Assembly: GCA_049288525.1 (NCBI GenBank)
Contig: JBAQHW010000144.1
Coordinates: 776-64,775 of the forward strand
Direction: 5' to 3'
Length of the DNA: 64,000 bases
Source of the DNA: Xanthobacteraceae bacterium
GTDB lineage: Bacteria; Pseudomonadota; Alphaproteobacteria; Rhizobiales; Xanthobacteraceae
Below, piece by piece: positions 57,210-64,000 of this stretch. A program made the position numbers and the translations under genes. Under the pieces are notes generated by a model. It saw only the letters and a program-made list of their open reading frames with translations. It ran no database searches and was not told where the DNA came from. Numbering within the stretch: the first letter of the stretch is position 1; every line of letters begins with the position of its first letter.

Positions 57210-57430
57210 GACGCGATCTCCTTTGAGAGCCCTCCAAACGGGCTGCTACATCTAGAACGCATAAATGAGCAATCGCGCGTTACGGCGACCTGAAGGTGAG
57301 ATTAATTCGAGGAAAGCTTGGTTGTCGGAACGACATTTCGCCCGCCGCAGGCCGGTTGCGGGGCGGAACGGGGGCGGCGCTTCGCGGTTGACAGATTGAC
57401 GCAGGCGGGCGTCGATTAAGGATTTTGCCG

Positions 57431-57877
57431 ATGCAACACAAACAAATCCACCGGAGCGACGACGGGCAGCGCACCTATGCGGTGGTGCTGGAAACCGGCG
57501 AAGAAGCCGTGCAATGCCTCAACCGCTTCGTTGCCGTGGAACGGATCGGCGCGGCGCAGCTCACGGCCATCGGCGCATTCAGTGACCTCGTGCTGATGTA
57601 TTTCGATTGGGAGAAGAAAACCTATTCGCGCATTCCGGTGTGCGAGCAAGTCGAGGTCGCATCGCTGATCGGCGACGTTGCCACCGGCCCGGACGGCAAG
57701 CCGTCGCTGCACATCCATCTGGTCGTCGGCAAGCGCGACGGCAGCGCCATGGCCGGCCACCTCGGCGAAGCCCACGTGCGGCCGACGCTGGAAGTCATCG
57801 TGACCGAAAATCCGGCCCATTTACGCAAAGTGAAGGACGAGAACTCCGGACTGCCGCTGATCCGCCCGGCCGCGTGA
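57431..57877 (+). CDS. PPC (DUF296) domain protein
   Basis: YAVVLETGEEAVQCLNRFV...LTAIGAFS...HIHLVVGKRDGSAMAGHL is the PPC/DUF296 pattern. TTG 57425 is an alternative start. Confidence 0.75.
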   Translation: MQHKQIHRSDDGQRTYAVVLETGEEAVQCLNRFVAVERIGAAQLTAIGAFSDLVLMYFDWEKKTYSRIPVCEQVEVASLIGDVATGPDGKPSLHIHLVVGKRDGSAMAGHLGEAHVRPTLEVIVTENPAHLRKVKDENSGLPLIRPAA

Positions 57878-57901
57878 TCGCGGCGCGCGACCCACGGCGG
57901 C

Positions 57902-59968
57902 TCACGCCGTCCGCGTGGTGCGCTTGCGCCGGCGCCGCAATACGTTGCGTGGACGGAGCGGCTCCTTAGCCTCTTCTTCGGTCAGGGCATCGGCGATCTT
58001 CGGCGGCGTCAGGTACCACGGCACCATGATGACGACGACGCGCGGACCGCCGTATTCCAGCACCGCGCGGCGCAGCCGCTGGGCGCGCTGATTGCTCAGG
58101 AGATATTCCCACCAATGCGTCTTGACCAGTTCGGGGATCAGCACGGCGACGGAGCGGTCGGGATGCTTTTCGGTCAGCTCCTTGATCAGCTTGAGAAGCG
58201 GAGCGTGAATGCGCCGAAAAGGCGCGCTTAAGAAAACCAAACCCGGCTTGCGGCCGGTCCGCTCCACCACCGCCGACTTATCGACCTCCTTGGTCCAGCG
58301 GTCGCGCAGACGTTTCTCCTCCGTCCGCACATCGGGACCTTCAAGCGCGGCGAGATGCACAGCGATGACGTCCGGCGATATCTCCATGGCGAAGCACAGC
58401 GCCTTGTCGGTCAGCTTGCTCCATTGGCGCGTCATGACCAGGACGAGCGGCGGCTTGATGCTGCAAGCCTGCAATTGCTCGTCGTCGCGCAACGCCTGTT
58501 CGCGCTTGGCGTAATAGCCGTGAATGGCCTTGAGCAGCCAGATCACGCAGGGGATCGTGACGATCGTGATCCATCCGCCTTCGGTGAATTTGGCAACGAC
58601 AATAATCGCGAGTGCCGCGGCGGTGGCGGTGGCGCCGACGGCGTTGATGCAGAGCTTGCCGATGATGCGCCGGCGCTCGCCGCTCTTCGTTTCGCCAAGT
58701 TGCTTCCGCCAATGCGCCACCATCCCGGCCTGCGAAATGGTAAAGGTCAGAAACGCGCCGATGGCGTACAGCGGAATCAGGCGGTCGGTGATGCCGCCGA
58801 ATACGACCAGCAAAATACCGGCGGTGATCGTCAGATAAATAATTCCGACCGATTCGACGAGACGCCGGCCGACGAGCGCGAAGGGCGCCGGCAGAAACTT
58901 ATCCTGTGCCACCGTGCGGCACAGCCGCGGAAGACCGACAAAACTGGTATCGGACGACAGGCAAAGAAGGACAATCGTGCTTGCGATCGCGACATAATAG
59001 AACGCACCGCGTCCCATCACCGCCCCGACGATCTGCGACAACACGCTCTGATAGCCCGGCTGCGTTTGATCCATCGCCATAACGCCGTAGGTCGTTGCCA
59101 GATAGGCGACGCCGGCGAGCAGCACGATGAGCGTACCGACGATGGCGCTCAGTGTGATGCGCGCATAGGTGACTTGCGGTTCGCGAAAGGCATTGACACC
59201 GTTCGACACCGCCTCGACGCCGGTCATTGCCGTGCAGCCGGAAGCGAAGGCGCGCAACAGGAGCCACCAGCCGAGCGCCTCGGCGGCTTTGGGCGGATGC
59301 GGCGGCGGGGTCACCGGATGCGGATGGCCGCCGCCGCTCAGCGCGGCATAACCACCGACGGCGATCACGATCAAGAAGCACAGAATGAACAGATAGGTCG
59401 GCAGCGCGAACAACCGGCTGGCATCGGCAAGGCCACGCAAATTGGCGAGCGTCAACAGCGCGAGAATGCCGAGGCAGAGCGCAAGCGAGTAGGGGTGCAG
59501 CATCGGTACCGCCGAGACGAGCGCGGCGACTCCCGCGGAAATGCCCACTGCAACGGTAAGCACGTAATCGATCATCAAGGCCGCCACGGCAAGGAGGCTG
59601 GCGTTCTCGCCGAGATTGGCCTGCGCCACGGTGTAGGCACCGCCGCTCTTCGGATAGGCCGCGATCGTCTGCCAATAGGAGACGAAGAGAATCCCGAGCA
59701 GCGCCAGAATCAGCAGCATGATCGGGCCGAGCGCGGCAAGCCCGGCAGCGCCGGCCGCGGTCAGGATGGTCAGCGCTGCCTCCGGCCCGTAAGCCGTGGA
59801 GCTCAGTCCGTCGAGGCCGAGCGCGGGAACGCCCTCAAGGAGGCCGATTTGACTGGCTTTGCCTTCGCGATTGGCGAGCGGCCGGCCCAGCACGACACGG
59901 GCGCAGGCCGTCAGCAGCGACAGCGCCGGGGGTTTTTCGGACTCGCTGTCTTGCTTCGCCTCAGCCAT
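57902..59968 (-). CDS. APC-superfamily (amino acid/polyamine/organocation) permease with a ~230-aa cytoplasmic C-terminal extension
   Basis: N-terminal 12-TM APC core (YPKSGGAYTVAQANLGENASLLAVAALMIDYVLTVAV) followed by a soluble, charged C-terminal domain. Confidence 0.8.
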   Translation of the reverse strand: MAEAKQDSESEKPPALSLLTACARVVLGRPLANREGKASQIGLLEGVPALGLDGLSSTAYGPEAALTILTAAGAAGLAALGPIMLLILALLGILFVSYWQTIAAYPKSGGAYTVAQANLGENASLLAVAALMIDYVLTVAVGISAGVAALVSAVPMLHPYSLALCLGILALLTLANLRGLADASRLFALPTYLFILCFLIVIAVGGYAALSGGGHPHPVTPPPHPPKAAEALGWWLLLRAFASGCTAMTGVEAVSNGVNAFREPQVTYARITLSAIVGTLIVLLAGVAYLATTYGVMAMDQTQPGYQSVLSQIVGAVMGRGAFYYVAIASTIVLLCLSSDTSFVGLPRLCRTVAQDKFLPAPFALVGRRLVESVGIIYLTITAGILLVVFGGITDRLIPLYAIGAFLTFTISQAGMVAHWRKQLGETKSGERRRIIGKLCINAVGATATAAALAIIVVAKFTEGGWITIVTIPCVIWLLKAIHGYYAKREQALRDDEQLQACSIKPPLVLVMTRQWSKLTDKALCFAMEISPDVIAVHLAALEGPDVRTEEKRLRDRWTKEVDKSAVVERTGRKPGLVFLSAPFRRIHAPLLKLIKELTEKHPDRSVAVLIPELVKTHWWEYLLSNQRAQRLRRAVLEYGGPRVVVIMVPWYLTPPKIADALTEEEAKEPLRPRNVLRRRRKRTTRTA

Positions 59969-60039
59969 CGGCCAATCGCCTCACCGGTACGCGTTATAAC
60001 ACGCAGCGGTGAACATTGTGCCGCGAAGCGACGACCGGC

Positions 60040-60208
60040 CTAGTGGCCCGATTCTAACATTCGCACCCCTGTCCGGCATGCCAATTATGCGAATGTTAGA
60101 ATCAAAGGACCACTAGCAAATGTCAGTCCTAGTGGAGCTTTTGGATTTGACATTCGCTTCACGAGTTTGCGGCTGGGTGGGTAGCGAATGTCAAATCCGC
60201 TCCACTAG
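60040..60208. repeat. Two-module hairpin (MITE/REP-like) element, copy B, complete and inverted relative to copy A
   Basis: Module 2 is 60040-60116 (CTAGTGGCCCGATTCTAACATTCGCA...TGCGAATGTTAGAATCAAAGGACCACTAG). Module 1 is 60129-60208. The reverse complement matches 55281-55421 with 2 substitutions and 1 indel by eye. Confidence 0.9.
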
Positions 60209-60217
60209 AAACCCGTT

Positions 60218-60910
60218 TTAGGCGATCTTTTGGTTGTCCACGGACGCCAGCGCTCCCAGCAATTCGTTGGAGCCCGTTACCGAGCCGAAAATGCCGCCCT
60301 GCGCCTTGATCATGGCCAGACCGGCTTGATGAAATTCGGGAAAATAGGACGCGCAGCAGTCGCTCAGCACGATGCAGCGCAAGCCGCGATCATTGGCCTC
60401 GCGCACCGTCGTGTTGACGCACACCTCGGTGGTCACTCCGGCGACGAATAAGGTATCGATGCCGCGATTGCGCAGCATCAGCTCTAGATCGGTCTGATAG
60501 AAAGCGCCCTTGCCCGGCTTGTCGATCACCGGTTCGTTTTCCAGCGGATAAAGCTCGGCGACAATGTCGTGACCGGGCTCGCCGCGGACAAGGATGCGAC
60601 CCATCGGACCGGGCGCGCCGATGCGCATCGACGGATCGCCCCGCTCGACCTTGTGGCGCGGCGCATCGGACAAATCGGGCCGATGACCTTCGCGGGTGTG
60701 GATGATCGACATGCCCAGCCGGCGCGCCTCGTTCAGCACGGCCCGGCATGGCGCCACCGCCGCCTGCAGCCGCGTGACGTCATTGCCGAGCGCCTCGCCA
60801 AAGCCGCCCGGCTCCAAAAAGTCGCGTTGCATGTCGATGATGATCAGCGCCGCGCTGTCGAGATCGACGGCGAGCGGCGCCGGCTCGGCTTCCAGTCTGA
60901 CGCGCGGCAT
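60218..60910 (-). CDS. Isochorismatase-family cysteine hydrolase
   Basis: LIIIDMQRDFLEPGG, K (DKPGKGAF) and the catalytic-Cys context VAGVTTEVCVNTTVREA. Start set at ATG 60910. Confidence 0.85.
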   Translation of the reverse strand: MPRVRLEAEPAPLAVDLDSAALIIIDMQRDFLEPGGFGEALGNDVTRLQAAVAPCRAVLNEARRLGMSIIHTREGHRPDLSDAPRHKVERGDPSMRIGAPGPMGRILVRGEPGHDIVAELYPLENEPVIDKPGKGAFYQTDLELMLRNRGIDTLFVAGVTTEVCVNTTVREANDRGLRCIVLSDCCASYFPEFHQAGLAMIKAQGGIFGSVTGSNELLGALASVDNQKIA

Positions 60911-61186
60911 GTCCGTCTCCGGCTTGGCTATTACGTGCAAGGGTGGGGAGCGACGAGCAAGATCGGGGCCAGCGCCCTCAGCCGCCGCCAAGGCACCGAG
61001 CCCGACCACTGCCTAATAAATGAGCGACGCTCCCCCGAGTCGCACAGGAAGCGGCCTCGCCAGGCCGGCAGAACAGCCCGAACCGCGGTAAACACACCGT
61101 AAGGCGCCGCAACGACGCTCAGTGGTTTGGCACGCCCTTTGCGGAGTGCTTGCTCAGCCAACGACGCGCCAGCCTGGGAGGCTTTA

Positions 61187-62803
61187 ATGAAGCGCCGCGA
61201 CTTTCTCAAATCGATGACTGCACTGACCGCGACCGCGGCGGTACCCGCCCCCGCCATATGGTCGCCGGCGAAAGCGCAGTCGCACCAGGATACGCTGCTG
61301 ATCGTTTCGGAAAGTGGGCCGAATAATCTCGACATCCACGGCGTCGGCACCAACGTGCCCGGTTACGAAATCTCGTGGAATTGCTACGATCGTCTGATCA
61401 GCCATGAGATGAAGACGCTGCCCAACGGCACGCCGTATTACGACAAGAGCAAATTCAAACCCGAGCTCGCCGAGGACATGAATGTCGGCGATATGTCGGC
61501 AACCTTCAAGCTACGCAAGAATGCCGTGTTCCAGGACGGCACTCCGGTCACCGCCAAGGATGTGAAGTGGTCGTTCGACCGCGCCGTAACGGTCGGCGGT
61601 TTTCCCACTTTCCAGATGAGCGCGGGCTCGCTGACCAAGCCCGAGCAATTCGTCGTCGTCGACGATCACACATTTCGCGTCGACTTCATCAAGAAGGACC
61701 GGCTGACGATTCCGGACCTGGCCGTGATCGTGCCGTGTGTCATCAATTCCGAACTGGTGAAGAAGAACGCCACGCCGCAGGACCCGTGGGGCCTGGAATA
61801 CACCAAGCTCAACACCGTGGGCTCCGGCGCCTACAAAGTGACGAACTGGACGGCCGGGGCGCAGATCGTTCTGGAGCGCAACGACAAATGGACCGGCGGG
61901 CCGATGCCGAAGATCAAACGCGTGGTCTGGCGCATCGTGCCGGACTCAGGCAACCGGCGCGCGCTGCTCGAACGCGGCGACGCCGACGTATCCTACGACC
62001 TGCCCAACAAGGACTTTGCCGAACTAAAAAACGACGGCAAGCTCACCATCATCTCAACGCCTTACTCGAACGGCATCCAATATATCGGCATGAACGTGCA
62101 GCACCCGCCGTTCAACGACGTGAGGGTGCGAGACGCGATCGCCTACGCGATTCCTTACCAGAAGATCATGGACGTAGTGCTCTATGGCCTCGGCAAACCG
62201 ATGTTCGGCGCCGCGGCGGATACGCCGACCGAAGTCGCATGGCCGCAGCCGCACAAATTCAATACCGATCTCGACAAGGCGAAGAAGCTGCTCGCCGAGG
62301 CCGGCGCCACCAATATCAACGTGCCGATCTCGTTCGACCTTGGCTTTGCCGGAGTCAATCAGCCGATTTGCGAATTGGTGCAGGAGAGCCTGCAGCAGAT
62401 CGGCATCACCACCATCATAAACAAGGTGCCCGGCGCCAACTGGCGCACCGAGCTCACCAAGAAGTCCATGCCGTTGTTCACCAACGTATTCTCCGGCTGG
62501 CTCGATTACCCCGAATATTTCTTCTACTGGTGCTATCACTCCGGCAAATCGATCTTCAACACCATGGGCTATCAGTCGCCGCAGATGGACACTTTTATCG
62601 ACGGCGCGCGCGCCGCGGCGGCGACCGGCGATTGGGACGCCTACAACAAAGATGTGAAGGGCTTTGTCGATCTCGCCTTCACCGACATGCCGCGCATCCC
62701 GCTCTACCAGCCTTACGTCAACGTGGCGATGCAGAAGAACGTTAGCGGCTACCAATACTGGTTCCATCGCCGGCTCGATTATCGAACATTCGCGAAGGCG
62801 TGA
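61187..62803 (+). CDS. ABC transporter substrate-binding protein, family 5 (Dpp/Opp/Nik type), Tat-like leader
   Basis: MKRRDFLKSMTALTATAAVPAPA leader and a family-5 SBP length and pattern. It is followed by DppB/DppC-like permeases. Confidence 0.88.
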   Translation: MKRRDFLKSMTALTATAAVPAPAIWSPAKAQSHQDTLLIVSESGPNNLDIHGVGTNVPGYEISWNCYDRLISHEMKTLPNGTPYYDKSKFKPELAEDMNVGDMSATFKLRKNAVFQDGTPVTAKDVKWSFDRAVTVGGFPTFQMSAGSLTKPEQFVVVDDHTFRVDFIKKDRLTIPDLAVIVPCVINSELVKKNATPQDPWGLEYTKLNTVGSGAYKVTNWTAGAQIVLERNDKWTGGPMPKIKRVVWRIVPDSGNRRALLERGDADVSYDLPNKDFAELKNDGKLTIISTPYSNGIQYIGMNVQHPPFNDVRVRDAIAYAIPYQKIMDVVLYGLGKPMFGAAADTPTEVAWPQPHKFNTDLDKAKKLLAEAGATNINVPISFDLGFAGVNQPICELVQESLQQIGITTIINKVPGANWRTELTKKSMPLFTNVFSGWLDYPEYFFYWCYHSGKSIFNTMGYQSPQMDTFIDGARAAAATGDWDAYNKDVKGFVDLAFTDMPRIPLYQPYVNVAMQKNVSGYQYWFHRRLDYRTFAKA

Positions 62804-62869
62804 CGCAGTGAGGTGGCGTCAAACGCGCCCTCGCCGCGCTTGCGGGCAGAAGGACCATGCGAGGCGAGC

Positions 62870-63883
62870 ATGCTGACACTGGTCCTCAAGCGCTTGGCAA
62901 TGGCGATCCCGTCACTGATCGGCGTGGTCGTCGTCACCTTTCTCTTGACCCGCGCGCTGCCCGGCGATCCGGCCGTCTATTTCGCCGGTCCCGCCGCGAC
63001 CCCGCAGGCGATCCAGGAAGTGCGCGTTAAGCTCGGCCTCGACAAGCCGCTGATCCAGCAGTTCGGTCGCTACGTCGTCGACCTCGCCCATGGCAATCTC
63101 GGCACCTCGCTCACCACCGGCCAAACGGTCACGACCGAATTGGCGAACCGCTTGCCGGCGTCCGCCGAGCTGACGCTGCTTGGACTCATCGTCTCGATTG
63201 TAATCGCCGTGCCGCTCGGCATCCTGGCCGCGACCAAGCCCAATTCCCTCATCGATCACGCCTGCCGGGTGATCTCCACGCTCGGCGTTTCGCTGCCGGT
63301 GTTCTTCACCGGGCTGATCCTGGTCTACGTGTTCTATTATCTGCTGGGCTGGGCTCCGGCGCCGCTTGGCCGGCTTGACGTGTTCTCTACCGAACCGCCG
63401 CATGTCACGGGCTTCTACCTGATCGACAGCCTGATCGCCGGCGATTTCGGAACCTTCGTGGCGAGTCTCAAGCAGCTCATCCTGCCGGCACTGACGCTCG
63501 GCATTTTCTCGCTGGCGCCGATCGCGCGCATGACGCGGGCTTCGATGCTTGCCGTGCTCTCGTCGGATTTCGTGCGCACAGCGCGCGCCAGCGGGCTGTC
63601 GAGCTATACGGTGATCGTCACCTATGCCTTTCGCAACGCCATGCTGCCGGTCATCACCACGCTGGGCATGGTGTTCTCCTTTCTGCTCGGCGCCAATGTG
63701 CTGGTCGAGAAGGTGTTCGCCTGGCCGGGAATCGGCTCCTACGCGGTGGAAGCACTGCTCGCCTCCGACTTCGCGCCGGTGCAGGGCTTCGTGCTGACCA
63801 TGGCCGTCCTCTACGTCACGCTCAACCTTATCATCGACGTGCTCTACGGCCTGATCGATCCGCGGGTGAGGCTCGAAGCATGA
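62870..63883 (+). CDS. ABC transporter permease (DppB/OppB-like)
   Basis: The MLTLVLKRLAMAIPSLIGVVVVTFLLTRALPGDP N-terminus is the canonical DppB type. Start set at ATG 62870. Confidence 0.88.
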   Translation: MLTLVLKRLAMAIPSLIGVVVVTFLLTRALPGDPAVYFAGPAATPQAIQEVRVKLGLDKPLIQQFGRYVVDLAHGNLGTSLTTGQTVTTELANRLPASAELTLLGLIVSIVIAVPLGILAATKPNSLIDHACRVISTLGVSLPVFFTGLILVYVFYYLLGWAPAPLGRLDVFSTEPPHVTGFYLIDSLIAGDFGTFVASLKQLILPALTLGIFSLAPIARMTRASMLAVLSSDFVRTARASGLSSYTVIVTYAFRNAMLPVITTLGMVFSFLLGANVLVEKVFAWPGIGSYAVEALLASDFAPVQGFVLTMAVLYVTLNLIIDVLYGLIDPRVRLEA

Positions 63884-64000
63884 CCGATATTGCCGCCACA
63901 CCGGTACGCGAAAGCGCCCTGTCCGCGCTCATCCGCCATTCGCGCTACGTCATCGGCGAGAACCCGGTTACCGGATTTGCCTTCGCGCTGTTCGTCTTGA
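63880..64000 (+). CDS. ABC transporter permease (DppC/OppC-like), 5' fragment running off the window
   Basis: ATG 63880 overlaps the upstream stop (ATGA). The translation MTDIAATPVRESALSALIRHSRYVIGENPVTGFAFALFVL is a DppC-like N-terminus. Confidence 0.7.
   Translation, partial: MTDIAATPVRESALSALIRHSRYVIGENPVTGFAFALFVL

Noticed and set aside
55281-60208. Composite transposon or IS element bounded by the inverted repeats
   Set aside because: No transposase, integrase or recombinase gene lies inside or adjacent, and I see no obvious target-site duplication. The enclosed genes (degP, PPC, APC permease) look like core housekeeping genes with native GC content. I report it as an inverted MITE/REP-like pair.
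1-64000. CRISPR arrays, rRNA/tRNA genes, prophage or defence-system genes
   Set aside because: I saw no direct-repeat/spacer periodicity, no cloverleaf-like or rRNA-conserved segments in the intergenic regions I inspected, and no nuclease/ATPase/integrase-type ORFs. The scan was manual, so short tRNAs cannot be excluded with certainty.

Overview
High-GC (roughly 62-64% by eye), gene-dense chromosomal window that looks alphaproteobacterial, Hyphomicrobiales/Rhizobiales-like. The taxon call rests only on protein families and repeat types and is low confidence. I saw no rRNA, tRNA, CRISPR array, transposase or phage genes. Left to right: a secreted His-rich tandem-repeat protein and a collagen-like lipoprotein; two tandem RND efflux systems (MFP-RND-OMF, then MdtABC-like MFP-RND-RND); a TPP enzyme; a divergent MarR/MATE pair with a 24-bp palindrome; MaoC-PanE-DUF2188-MFS-malic enzyme; a TonB-dependent receptor plus a redoxin-like/2OG-Fe(II) oxygenase fusion. 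The best candidate for an uncharacterised system is at 29.5-36.9 kb: a six-gene, translationally coupled, group-4-hydrogenase-like membrane complex. Its large subunit lacks the NiFe cysteine ligands (Ehr-type, energy-converting-hydrogenase-related). It has no maturation genes or electron-donor module nearby. Next come crcB-DUF190, an SDR, and a ~700-bp structured non-coding gap. A sigma-E/ChrR (singlet-oxygen type ECF) island follows at 39.3-47.5 kb. It carries two CFA-synthase-like methyltransferases, DUF1295, DUF1365, an FAD amine-oxidase-like enzyme, an esterase and DUF2177. Three copies of TGATCC-N16-CGTA sit exactly in front of its three transcription units. The rest is a TRAP transporter, fasciclin, a cytochrome b/Mo-oxidoreductase pair, a 4.9-kb DegP/PPC/APC-permease segment bracketed by ~150-170-bp near-identical inverted repeats built from two hairpin (MITE/REP-like) modules, an isochorismatase-family hydrolase, and the start of a Dpp/Opp-type ABC transporter. 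Many long antisense ORFs in the track are high-GC artefacts. Several start codons were moved inward from the track coordinates based on signal peptides, RBS and ATGA/GTGA stop-start overlaps.
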